Under the pieces are notes generated by a model. The model did not search any database, had not been told where the DNA came from, and saw nothing but the letters and a program-made list of their open reading frames with translations. Below are positions 36,657 to 46,097 of a DNA stretch of 60,018 nucleotides, one piece after another. Location of the stretch: IMG/VR virus record IMGVR_UViG_3300020083_000009, positions 1-60,018 of that record; one strand, 5' to 3'. How positions within the stretch are numbered: position 1 is the stretch's first letter; each line of letters opens with the position of its first letter. The DNA is from a virus (lineage: Duplodnaviria; Caudoviricetes). Made by a program: the position numbers and the translations under genes.

Positions 36657-36740
36657 TAGGGCGAGGGAGACTTGAACTCCCACGGGCATACGCCCAACAG
36701 ATTTTAAGTCTGGTGTGTCTACCGATTCCACCACCGCCCC
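36657..36740 (-). tRNA. tRNA-Leu(UAA)
   Basis: Anticodon loop CTTAAAA, long variable arm GGGCGTATGCCC, AGTTCAAGTCT. Confidence 0.95.
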
Positions 36741-36752
36741 ATGAACAAGAGT

Positions 36753-36781
36753 AGTCTATCAGACTGCCTCTTGGATGTCAA
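36753..36781 (-). promoter_or_regulatory. sigma70-like promoter for tRNA cluster
   Basis: TTGACA-N17-TAGACT. Confidence 0.65.
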
Positions 36782-36929
36782 CCCCGTAAACTGGAGGATG
36801 GAAATTGCAATACTCGTTGAAAGTAATTTTCATTTCCTTGTTAGTAAGTCTAGCATGTTCTGCTGCCTTTGGCAAGTTCCACTTAGCAGTGAAAAGCATT
36901 TCCATTGCTCGTCTAGTTTCTGGTCTCAT
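36759..36929 (-). CDS. conserved small cyanophage protein (56 aa)
   Basis: MRPETRRAMEMLFTAKWNLPKAAEHARLTNKEMKITFNEYC, hand-translated. Confidence 0.75.
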   Translation of the reverse strand: MRPETRRAMEMLFTAKWNLPKAAEHARLTNKEMKITFNEYCNFHPPVYGVDIQEAV

Positions 36930-36996
36930 AAGATACAAGTAAGATTTGAGGAGGGGGGATTGCTCCCCCCACGCACCCCTTCACACGGACAAGAGT

Positions 36997-37025
36997 ATTA
37001 TAAAACATTTAAACAAACTTGTCAA
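36997..37025 (-). promoter_or_regulatory. sigma70-like promoter
   Basis: Perfect TTGACA-N17-TATAAT. Confidence 0.8.
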
Positions 37026-38311
37026 GTATCAATGATCGCCTTCACAGCAGTTGAATTTATGTAAGCAGATGCCTCATTAAATTGATTTTCTTCCTTATAT
37101 AATTCAGATAATACTTGCCTCATACCCCATATCTGTGAATTATATTTGTTTCTCAGAACTCTTAATGCATTTGAAACTTGAATTCTTTGTGTTATATTAT
37201 TACTACCAACGGTTAATCCAGTTTCTAAAGTTGTTAGTGTATTTAATGCATTTGTATTATTTGTTTCTACTGTTGCATTACATGATGGCAATGGGGTATA
37301 CATAGTTCCAATTCCGAGAGAAAGAAAAGTAGTCGAGACTCCAGGATTAGCTTCAGCTCCAAATATTGTTGGCATTTGAGTACTACCAATATTATATAAG
37401 GTTATGCCAGCACCAACTACAGGTTCAGAAATTATTGCCTTTTTTATTTTTAATCCATTTAAAAATGGATTCCAACTTTGTGTTGTTGGTGATGAAGATG
37501 AATTTGTATACTCAATATAAGTTCCAGTACCTACAATACTTGTATACATAATACCAATTGTCTGAGGTACAAATGGAGAATCTGTCATTTTTACAGGTGG
37601 AATGTTGAATGAAGTTGCAAATCCCAATACATCAAATTCAACTGCAGATGCTGCAGCGACTGCAGCACCAGTAGAATTTGATGTTATGATTACATCAACA
37701 ACTTCAATATCACCAGATGTGCCGATTCCCACAGGAAATAAATTTGCAACAGAAGTAGTAAATCCTATAATAGTAGTTGGTGAAGCAAACACTCCCGATT
37801 GATCACAAGTAATTGTTTGACCAACTTGCATACCTTGTGTTGTACCAGATCCTGCAATACTCATAACAGTAATGTGAGTTGATCCAATACCACAAGTTCC
37901 AATGAAAGAACCGATTGTAGAATCTAAAATATCTTTTGTAGCTGGTTCATCATAATATTTAATTTTATGTAATGGTTTAATTTGTTGTAGGTCTGGATCT
38001 ATAGCTACGCATGTGTAAACTGGATACTCAGTTACACCAACTGTAGCAATTCCAGTTTGCACCCAATTCTTCAGTGTTCTACATCCACTATCAATTCTTG
38101 CTTGATATGTTGCAACAACATTTTGAATCTGAGTATTTACATTATCAATTTGTTGTTGAATCGAAAGATCAATTTTATTAATTGATTCATCGAGATCTTC
38201 TTTCTCACTATCAAGAACAAGAATTCTTTGAATCATGAAATCAACTTGCTCCTCAGCTTGAGTCTTAGCTAAGTTAAGTTTTGATGCAATATTTTCTGAC
38301 GGTGTAGCCAT
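37022..38311 (-). CDS. virion structural protein (coiled-coil ends, GIGT-rich core)
   Basis: 429-aa ORF in the gp5 operon. Confidence 0.65.
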   Translation of the reverse strand: MATPSENIASKLNLAKTQAEEQVDFMIQRILVLDSEKEDLDESINKIDLSIQQQIDNVNTQIQNVVATYQARIDSGCRTLKNWVQTGIATVGVTEYPVYTCVAIDPDLQQIKPLHKIKYYDEPATKDILDSTIGSFIGTCGIGSTHITVMSIAGSGTTQGMQVGQTITCDQSGVFASPTTIIGFTTSVANLFPVGIGTSGDIEVVDVIITSNSTGAAVAAASAVEFDVLGFATSFNIPPVKMTDSPFVPQTIGIMYTSIVGTGTYIEYTNSSSSPTTQSWNPFLNGLKIKKAIISEPVVGAGITLYNIGSTQMPTIFGAEANPGVSTTFLSLGIGTMYTPLPSCNATVETNNTNALNTLTTLETGLTVGSNNITQRIQVSNALRVLRNKYNSQIWGMRQVLSELYKEENQFNEASAYINSTAVKAIIDT

Positions 38312-38322
38312 AATTAATAAAG

Positions 38323-39369
38323 TTAGTTCGGTTTAATGTCGTAGTGATATCCAGCAATAGAACATTCATCATTATTTCCAGGATAGTCTGCTGGAGTTTG
38401 ACCTTGATATTCTGGAATTAATTTTTCACCATCTGCACGTTCTGCAAATATATGATAGTAACAATGAACTGGTGATATTGATTGAAGATAAACTTTATTG
38501 TCTTCTATTTTTTCAACCACAATATTTTGTTGTGTTTGAATTGGTGTAATTGAAACTGTGATGCTATCATAATCAATAAATTCTTTCCAGAATTCTGGAA
38601 GTTCAATAGTATAAGCATCCTTAAGTTTACCTCTTATGTATACATCAGCAGAGGGAGCTTCTACACATGCATGACGTAATCTCCACCCCTCTTTATTTGG
38701 ATGTGGAATATCAAAAGTTTTCTTACTTGCTAGTGCTACATCAATTCTAGTGATTGTAGGACTAGTAATTGTTGCTGCAACGTTTAAAGTTGCATTTTGT
38801 GCTGCTGCTCCAGTCTCAGCTCTTGCACCTGTATCTGCTTTAGCACCAGTCTCTGCCTTTGCACCTGTTTGAGTTTCTGCACCAACTTTATTTCTAGCAC
38901 CTGCTGATGTATAAGTTCCTAAAAGAATTTCATTAGCAGTAATTGCTAATGATGGGGATGCTATAGTAACAACGTCTGCGCTTAGTAAATTAATTCCTAC
39001 AGGAGCAGTTGGAGGAATAGGAACTTTAGAACTAATAACATGTCCCAAAGCATTTGCTGCAATTCCAGTTCCAGGATAAGGAACAGCACCATCACCTAAA
39101 GCACTGATTCTAATTGCAGATGTTGTTACTGGTGTCATTCCAGTTGGAATTGGTACTGACGATGTTGTTGTTACCGCAGGAGTAATAATATTAATTAATC
39201 CAAGTTTTTGAAATGGTAATAAAAGTGTGCCATCAGCTTGCCCACCAACCACAACAGGCCCGTTTAAAATTGTTGTACCTGAGGGGAGAATTGGATTTTT
39301 AGGAATGAATGTTGGATCACAATGCCCAACATACAAACGACTTACTGCCCAGCCTGGTGTATTACTCAT
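38323..39369 (-). CDS. spike/fibre-like protein with 6-aa repeats and conserved C-terminal domain
   Basis: GAKAET/GAKADT/GARAET repeats; KTFDIPHP..EGWRLRHACVEAP.ADVYIRG. Confidence 0.7.
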   Translation of the reverse strand: MSNTPGWAVSRLYVGHCDPTFIPKNPILPSGTTILNGPVVVGGQADGTLLLPFQKLGLINIITPAVTTTSSVPIPTGMTPVTTSAIRISALGDGAVPYPGTGIAANALGHVISSKVPIPPTAPVGINLLSADVVTIASPSLAITANEILLGTYTSAGARNKVGAETQTGAKAETGAKADTGARAETGAAAQNATLNVAATITSPTITRIDVALASKKTFDIPHPNKEGWRLRHACVEAPSADVYIRGKLKDAYTIELPEFWKEFIDYDSITVSITPIQTQQNIVVEKIEDNKVYLQSISPVHCYYHIFAERADGEKLIPEYQGQTPADYPGNNDECSIAGYHYDIKPN

Positions 39370-39370
39370 A

Positions 39371-39940
39371 TCAAATACTCGCTAATAGTTTTAATAGATC
39401 AAGGACTCTAATATCTAGAGATGATATTGAACTTATAACGTCTGTTGTGTCTGCAATTGCAACAAAATTAGCTGCTATATTTGTGGTGCTTTTTCCAACC
39501 AACGTTGCAGTCTTTGATCCATTGACTGTAACATTAGTACCTGCAATAGTAACGCTATCTGTTGATTTAATGTAAACATCATTGCACGAACTTAGAAAAA
39601 TATTTCCATCAGGATCTGCTGCATTAGAAACAAGAACAATATTTTTGGCATTCAAATATATTGTTCCTTGGGGTGCCTCAAAAACAATATCTCCACTATC
39701 CGCTCTAATCCATTTTGCTGGTTGATAAGCAGAATTTTTTGCTCCACTACCTTTTAAATCAAGACCTACAGATTCATGTGAAGTTCCTTTACATGACACA
39801 AGATGATTGCCATTTGGCAAGTAGGCATATCCATCTCCATTCTGAGTTATCATGGAGTAATCTACCGTACCAAACTCTGGTAGTTTACCTCCAGAATCTA
39901 TTCTATACCTGTCATATATTAGTGGATGTCCTAATGTCAT
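39371..39940 (-). CDS. gp5 C-terminal-like beta-helix spike protein
   Basis: Follows gp5; GDIVFEAPQGTIYLNAKNI short beta repeats. Confidence 0.6.
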   Translation of the reverse strand: MTLGHPLIYDRYRIDSGGKLPEFGTVDYSMITQNGDGYAYLPNGNHLVSCKGTSHESVGLDLKGSGAKNSAYQPAKWIRADSGDIVFEAPQGTIYLNAKNIVLVSNAADPDGNIFLSSCNDVYIKSTDSVTIAGTNVTVNGSKTATLVGKSTTNIAANFVAIADTTDVISSISSLDIRVLDLLKLLASI

Positions 39941-42036
39941 ACGCAGTCAATCACCTTGAGTACACCTGTTGAAATTCCTGATGTAGTAGTAGTAACTCCA
40001 ACTTCAACGAAGGAAAGAACTGGAACAAGCTGTGCAGCAGCTCCGTTTTCACTATTTATAGTTACATCTGGAAGATCATCTACGTTACAACCAGCTTCCA
40101 CAGTAACCTTGGTAAATTCCCCATCAGGTCCTAACTTAAACGAAGTCGCACATTCTCCAACTGTAACTACAGTATTATTATCATATCCATATCCAGGATT
40201 AAGAATTTCAACATTAGTAACAATACCAACATAAGATTTTTTATCACCTGTAGTTGCTACATTATTATCTTTTGTATCACCATTGCCATACTCTTGAATT
40301 TGTGTTGAGTTTAAATAACCACTACCAGGATCCAAGATAATAATTTTTTCTACTTGTTTTCCATCATTTTTTGGCGACCCTGGAGTAAACTTCGAGTTGG
40401 GTGGAATCTGCTCCATGATTGCAATAGCTTGTGCTCCATTGCCAAATCCACATGGATCAATAATTGAAACATTTGGTGCAGAAGTATAGTTTGATCCTGG
40501 ATTATTAAGTATTGCACCAATAACTTTACCTAAACCATTTACGATTGGCGTAGCAGCTGCTCCTTCTCCACCACCTCCAGTGATTACAAATTTTGGAGGT
40601 CCACAAACTTCCTTCTTAGGATTACATGAATTTAAGTCTAGCTTAAGATTACCAATATCTTTCATATCAGAACCAAGTTTACCCACAAGTTTTCCTACGT
40701 CACCAACACCGTTTACCAAACCCTTCATATCCGAAACAACAGATCCAAAATCAATACCACCACACATTGAAAACGTGGTTGGTTTTGGGCAGAATTTTTC
40801 AGGTTTAGCATAATTTAAAAGTTGGCTGATGACTCCAATCAAATTTAAAGATTGCTCTAATAAATTTGCTGCAGATCCCAACGCACCCTGCACTAAGCTA
40901 TTAATTTTATCTAGTAGTGGAAGAATTGTTTCATTAATTGTTGCTAGAATTTTTGAAAGAAGTTGACCAAGAAAATTTTGAACTGCACATGCAGTAGCTG
41001 CAACTGCATTACCAACAAAATTAGTAAGTGCATCAGATACAAGATCTGGAAGAGACAATCCTATTTGCTTAAAGATGGCGTAGATTGCTTCTAGAATAGT
41101 GTCTATTGTTTTTGCTATCTCAGACTGCTTTGTTTTTGGATACAATCCTCCAAATGATAGACCTAATATTTTACTAATCTCTTCAAACAAGAACATCATT
41201 CCTTGTTTAATGTACGATGATATATCACCAGCAACTATTGCCGAAACCTTTGATATTTCTCCTGAGAAATCTGTAATCTTATTTTTTATCTTTTCTTTAT
41301 AATATGTGTTAGCTATATTCTGATAGTTCTTAAGTTTTTTTAATAACGATTCTATTGCTGCAGTAATTTTAGCAAATCTATTTTTGTTACACAGCGTTGG
41401 TTGAACTGTCTTATTGCAGAGACCATCTGCAAAACTTTTCATTGCACCAGTGTGCTGTTCTTCTTTTTCAGATGCAACGTTTTCTATTCCAGAAGAGTTA
41501 CCTTTAGAAGGTATTCCTGGAGTATCTGGTGAACCTTTACCTGTTCCAACATTTTGTCCACCAGATTGTGTTGGTGGTAGTGAGTTATGAGATGCTGGTT
41601 GATAAGGATCCCAAGGTTGTAGTTTTGAATTAGGTCCGTATGTTTTTATTTCTGAAGACTTATATAAACTGCCGAAAATAACTGGTTGTTGTCCATCATC
41701 ACCATCTAAAAAGAAACCGATAACAGTCTCACCACCTTGATAACCATGTGCCTTTCCAACTTTACCTACACCATTTGATTCCCCAGGTGGAACTAAAATA
41801 TGTGCCCATGGCAATTTATCATCGGGCAATTCAGTATCATTTAGTGGGTGATATCCAAAGATTCTTACCTTTACTCTATTATAATAGAGTTCTTTTCCCG
41901 CTTGTTTATTTTTTAAATCTGCCTTATCCCACTTACTTGTTTCTCTAGAGGCAATCTGTCCCACCCACCAAACGAACCCGTCTCGTCCAATGAAATGTGT
42001 TTTTAATAGTTGACTGGAGGATTGATCTAATAACAT
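39937..42036 (-). CDS. 5: baseplate hub/spike gp5 (OB-fold N-terminus, no lysozyme domain seen)
   Basis: FIGRDGFVWWVGQ...RVKVRIFGYH...LPWA...V.GFFLDG.D.QQPVIFG. Confidence 0.85.
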   Translation of the reverse strand: MLLDQSSSQLLKTHFIGRDGFVWWVGQIASRETSKWDKADLKNKQAGKELYYNRVKVRIFGYHPLNDTELPDDKLPWAHILVPPGESNGVGKVGKAHGYQGGETVIGFFLDGDDGQQPVIFGSLYKSSEIKTYGPNSKLQPWDPYQPASHNSLPPTQSGGQNVGTGKGSPDTPGIPSKGNSSGIENVASEKEEQHTGAMKSFADGLCNKTVQPTLCNKNRFAKITAAIESLLKKLKNYQNIANTYYKEKIKNKITDFSGEISKVSAIVAGDISSYIKQGMMFLFEEISKILGLSFGGLYPKTKQSEIAKTIDTILEAIYAIFKQIGLSLPDLVSDALTNFVGNAVAATACAVQNFLGQLLSKILATINETILPLLDKINSLVQGALGSAANLLEQSLNLIGVISQLLNYAKPEKFCPKPTTFSMCGGIDFGSVVSDMKGLVNGVGDVGKLVGKLGSDMKDIGNLKLDLNSCNPKKEVCGPPKFVITGGGGEGAAATPIVNGLGKVIGAILNNPGSNYTSAPNVSIIDPCGFGNGAQAIAIMEQIPPNSKFTPGSPKNDGKQVEKIIILDPGSGYLNSTQIQEYGNGDTKDNNVATTGDKKSYVGIVTNVEILNPGYGYDNNTVVTVGECATSFKLGPDGEFTKVTVEAGCNVDDLPDVTINSENGAAAQLVPVLSFVEVGVTTTTSGISTGVLKVIDCV

Positions 42037-42251
42037 TAGTCTTCGTAAATTTTACATTCAACAGCATCTGGATGACTGTCACAAAACAATTCTAATGAGG
42101 TAGGATCATGAGTATCTTCTGGATGACGCTCATGATAAAGTTGTAGATTTTCTAATTCCTCTTCATAATGTCTTCTGCTCTGGCTGGAAGTTAATGGATC
42201 TTCCAGCTTAGCCTTATTATATTCAATATGTTGGTTAATGTTTTCCATCAA
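42036..42251 (-). CDS. cp12: CP12 Calvin-cycle regulatory protein
   Basis: RRHYEEEL...HP.D.HDPTSLELFCDSHPDAVECKIYED. Confidence 0.92.
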   Translation of the reverse strand: MMENINQHIEYNKAKLEDPLTSSQSRRHYEEELENLQLYHERHPEDTHDPTSLELFCDSHPDAVECKIYED

Positions 42252-43507
42252 TTGTATCCTGTTTTAAGTTCGTAAGAGTCACGTACTAAACTTAACATAG
42301 TATAGCCTTGATTTCCTTGAAATCTATGGCACAGATTTGCAATCATATAGTTACCACTTTGTTGTGACTCAAATGTTTTGTTTTTAGACCCCGCTGTTGA
42401 CTCAGCTATGTTGCATGTGATGACTTGTCCCGCTCTCAAATCTAAATTGCATGGTATAACAACATTTAAAATTTGTGAAAATAATAAATTGTATCTTACA
42501 GCAGCTTCTGATTGATATTTAGGAAGGTTTTCGTTGCCTTCTATTTTTCCAGCATCAGTTAAATTTCCAACGTCAAGTGTACGAGTTAATAATCTTGAAA
42601 AAGAATTTTCAATTCCCTCTGGAAGTTTTGGGTATGAACTGGTGCTTGCAGATTTTGAAATGCTAGCATATTTAGTAGATAATTTGTACTCAGTGAAATT
42701 TATTTCATTAGTATATAAGTTATAGAACAAACTTTTGTTTGCATACATTCCCATTCTCAATGATGTTAAGATATCATTGTTCTTTGCTACGGTAGCCGAG
42801 AGTATTCTAAATTTATTCTTATTACTATAAGGATCTACTGCCTCAGTTTTTTCATAAGTAAAGGAACTTGCTTGAGTGATTAACTTATCAATACTTCTAA
42901 AGTTATAGCCGTCTTGTGTTTCAAAAAATAGATACCCTGCAGTTCCAAATCCCTTTGTTCCCGTGGGGACTGCCTTTGGACATAACCACAGCAATAAATC
43001 AAATGGTCTCTTAGTATTCCCAATGAAGGAATACTTATTCACACTGTCTTCTACGTTTAAACTTTTTTGTGATTTAAGTTTAGCAAAAATAAGTTTTGCA
43101 CTATCACTTACCTTTCCATCGAATCGATTTACAAGTCTAGCTGTTTCATTGGTTATCATTTCTCGACTTACCATTTCAATAGTATACATTCCCAAGTTAG
43201 ATCTCTTATCTACTGTTGCACTTCTAACAAACAATCTACTCTTATCATCATTCAAATATAATTTTTTTGTAGAACCTGAAACATCAATTGCAATATTAAC
43301 CTTCTCTCCACCGTATATTTCAAATCCCTGAGGTAAACCCTTAACATCTACAATTGCAAACGAAGCCTTTGCAGTTACTGTTGGAGATAGAATATCTTCA
43401 TAATATTCAAATGATGCTAGAGAGTTTATAGACAAGTCAACATTAACATTACCTGTGAAGGGAACAATGTTAAATTCTTGTACTGTATAATTATTCTCTG
43501 CTGACAT
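42248..43507 (-). CDS. baseplate hub / tail protein (gp27-like)
   Basis: YYEDILSP...GYLFFETQDGYNFRSID...SGNYMIANLCH...LVRDS. Confidence 0.75.
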   Translation of the reverse strand: MSAENNYTVQEFNIVPFTGNVNVDLSINSLASFEYYEDILSPTVTAKASFAIVDVKGLPQGFEIYGGEKVNIAIDVSGSTKKLYLNDDKSRLFVRSATVDKRSNLGMYTIEMVSREMITNETARLVNRFDGKVSDSAKLIFAKLKSQKSLNVEDSVNKYSFIGNTKRPFDLLLWLCPKAVPTGTKGFGTAGYLFFETQDGYNFRSIDKLITQASSFTYEKTEAVDPYSNKNKFRILSATVAKNNDILTSLRMGMYANKSLFYNLYTNEINFTEYKLSTKYASISKSASTSSYPKLPEGIENSFSRLLTRTLDVGNLTDAGKIEGNENLPKYQSEAAVRYNLLFSQILNVVIPCNLDLRAGQVITCNIAESTAGSKNKTFESQQSGNYMIANLCHRFQGNQGYTMLSLVRDSYELKTGYN

Positions 43508-44589
43508 TATCCAACACCAAAGGTAGTGTGATTATACAAAACGTGTAGGGGATTACTATAATTTTTATTTAGACTGGTATTCGATGCAACTTCTTGTGAT
43601 GGTTGAATGGAATCTTGTGATGATTGATTATTTACAACTGCAACAACTTGTCTTCCAGGATTAGGCATTGAAGAAATTTGTTGTGGCACATTGGTTTTCT
43701 TTGTTGCAGGTGCTGCTGTTGATGTTGCACCACCAAGAAGATTAGCAAACCATACAAGAACAGAATTACTAGCACGAAATCCAATGCCATTAACATGAAG
43801 TGAAATGTGTGGATAAGGTTTGTTAGAACCATCACGCGGATCGCTTCTACCAGAAGCACCTTGATAACCAAGTAAAGTTCCTTTAGGTATGGGGTCATTT
43901 TCTTTACTTCCCTTATAACCCATACTAGCCAAGTGTGCCATCAAAACTTCATATTGTTTTCCATCCTTCATAAATCGATAAGCAACATAATAACCAAAAC
44001 CACTTCCAGAAGGTCCCCTAGCATCTGAATTTCCCTGCAATCCAACTGAGGGCATTCCATCTGTACCTCGATTCACATAAATCAAATCTATGGGTGCATA
44101 GATTGGTGCTCCAATCCCCCCTGGAAGATGCATGTTCAAACCAGTTTGTTGTCCGTCAGTATCTCCAGTTGGTCCAATACGAAGATCTTTTTCAGCATAT
44201 TTTCCACCATCAACTACATCCCCAGGTAGCATAGACTCTCCAAGGACTGCAGCTCCTGCTACAGCTGCAGTAATTGCAGCAACTGCTTTGTCCTGTTCGT
44301 CACGTATCTGGTTAGCAATTACAGAGTCTTCATTTCCTGATGGGGGTGCTGCAAGTTGATACTGTGGTTGTTCTCTAATTAGTGCTGTTGGTTGTGTTGA
44401 AACTTCTTTTTGTTTTTGGCGAGTATAATATTGCGTAACTAAAGATTGTAAAGCTTCCTTATCAGTCAATTGTTTAGATAAGGTTAAAGATTTTATCATT
44501 GAATTTGATGTCTTAGTCAAATCCAATACCAAGTTGTCCAAATATGTTAATGAATTTTTTGATAGCGTATCTACCTTTAAGTCAGCCAT
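43507..44589 (-). CDS. tail-associated protein with degenerate peptidase M23 domain
   Basis: GAPIYAP...GFGYYV...MAHL...GTLLGYQGASGRS...PHIS. Confidence 0.7.
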   Translation of the reverse strand: MADLKVDTLSKNSLTYLDNLVLDLTKTSNSMIKSLTLSKQLTDKEALQSLVTQYYTRQKQKEVSTQPTALIREQPQYQLAAPPSGNEDSVIANQIRDEQDKAVAAITAAVAGAAVLGESMLPGDVVDGGKYAEKDLRIGPTGDTDGQQTGLNMHLPGGIGAPIYAPIDLIYVNRGTDGMPSVGLQGNSDARGPSGSGFGYYVAYRFMKDGKQYEVLMAHLASMGYKGSKENDPIPKGTLLGYQGASGRSDPRDGSNKPYPHISLHVNGIGFRASNSVLVWFANLLGGATSTAAPATKKTNVPQQISSMPNPGRQVVAVVNNQSSQDSIQPSQEVASNTSLNKNYSNPLHVLYNHTTFGVG

Positions 44590-44590
44590 C

Positions 44591-45916
44591 TTACATAATA
44601 CCTAACACAGCTTTAGCAATAAAAGGATAGATGTTGTTTAAGTTTGCAGTCAATCCACCAGGGATAGCATCCCCAGCAGATACTTGTGTTTGTGCTACAG
44701 GTTGTTGTTGGTTATTAATTGGTACTACAATTGGAGCGCCGCCTGAAGCAGCACCCGCAGGTGGAGTTAGTGCCTGTGCTGTTTTGTCTCCAGCTGCACT
44801 TGGAACAGCAGATACTGAACTTGTCTCCATTGGATCTGTATCTGCAGATGGTGTTGCTGCTGCTACAGTTGAAGATGCTGGTTCTGCAGATGCACTAGCT
44901 TGAGGAGACGTTGCTCCAGGTTTTGCCGATGGTTTTTGACTAGTTTGATCTGGAAGTTTTTTAATTTTTTCCAATGCATCTTTATATGTTTCATTACCAT
45001 AAGCACCCCAAGCCTTCCAATTAGATCCCCCAGATAATGCGAATGCAACTTTAGCATTAACTTGAGGATCCCACAATTCTTCATTAGATTTCAATCCAAA
45101 TTGCTTTCTTCGTTGTTTACCAAGCATATATCCTGGTATATCAATCATGTTGATTTGCCACAATCCATAAGAGTTATCTTTACCACCTATCTTGTAACTA
45201 TCATTATGTGCTTGAGTATTTCCAGTAGATTCCGCATAAGCAAGTGCAGCGGCTTCATCTGCCTTATCACCCTTAAATCCAGCACTCAATGCTAGTTCTT
45301 TTAGTTGCGGTAGTGTATAAGTTTTTGCAGCTGGAGGAGTATAATTTGGATCTCCCCCATCTTCTTCACTACCATCTTTCATTCCAAGTGCTCCAAGCAC
45401 CGCTCCAGTAAATCCAGCAAGAGCAGCTGCAACACCTCTAGATCCAGAACTATTACCTGAGGGTTCATCTGCCATTTCATATGCAGAAGATTCATAATCC
45501 ATTAAGTTTTGCTGAGCAGTAGCCATACCCATGGCTTTTGATTCTTCTGCTCGTCCAGCAAATGCAGCACGGTTTTCTTTTTGTGCTGCTCGCTGTCTTG
45601 CTAGAAGATCTCTTTCAAACTGTCCTCTCAATTTTAATAAACTTGATTGCAATCCAAAAATATTTTTTTGTAGATTGTTAACTGCACTTTGCAGTAAATT
45701 ATCATTCCGATCTTCAACCCTTATAAATTCCTGCTGCTCCTTTGTTATTTCAGTATTTGTTTGTATGATTTTTAAAATAGAAGCTAAATTACCTCCGCTC
45801 ATAGTAACTTGAGCTTGAGGATTAATCCCCATAGTTTCTCTAACCCCAACACCAGAAGGCACAGCAGAATCTTGTCTGAAAAATTTAGATAAATTTATCG
45901 TTTTAGTTCCTGCCAT
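44591..45916 (-). CDS. tail-associated (tape-measure-position) protein with lytic transglycosylase domain
   Basis: Coiled coil followed by AES.G...SYGLWQIN...WKAWGAY. Confidence 0.8.
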   Translation of the reverse strand: MAGTKTINLSKFFRQDSAVPSGVGVRETMGINPQAQVTMSGGNLASILKIIQTNTEITKEQQEFIRVEDRNDNLLQSAVNNLQKNIFGLQSSLLKLRGQFERDLLARQRAAQKENRAAFAGRAEESKAMGMATAQQNLMDYESSAYEMADEPSGNSSGSRGVAAALAGFTGAVLGALGMKDGSEEDGGDPNYTPPAAKTYTLPQLKELALSAGFKGDKADEAAALAYAESTGNTQAHNDSYKIGGKDNSYGLWQINMIDIPGYMLGKQRRKQFGLKSNEELWDPQVNAKVAFALSGGSNWKAWGAYGNETYKDALEKIKKLPDQTSQKPSAKPGATSPQASASAEPASSTVAAATPSADTDPMETSSVSAVPSAAGDKTAQALTPPAGAASGGAPIVVPINNQQQPVAQTQVSAGDAIPGGLTANLNNIYPFIAKAVLGIM

Positions 45917-46097
45917 TTTGTCTTGCCTTTTCGTTTAATTCCTCAATGTGTTGCTTCAGCAATTCTAAGTATATTTCTCTCTCCCAAGGAATCATATTTT
46001 CAATCTCGGTCAAAGAGTATTTATGGTGCTGCATCAAAGAGAAATTAATTCGATAGTAAGTCTCAAGATCTTCATGTGCTAGGGCTAGTTGAAAAAA
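45903..46097 (-). CDS. 51: gp51-like baseplate hub assembly protein (open frame; first ATG only at 46034)
   Basis: AHEDLETYYRINFSLMQHHKYSLTEIENMIPWEREIY, in the -1 frame relative to gp26. Confidence 0.85.
   Translation of the reverse strand, partial: FFQLALAHEDLETYYRINFSLMQHHKYSLTEIENMIPWEREIYLELLKQHIEELNEKARQNGRN

Noticed and set aside
46079-46087. TAG CCC TAG after gp26 as stop-codon readthrough or recoding
   Set aside because: The conserved downstream protein is in the -1 frame, not in-frame; other genes end normally at TAG
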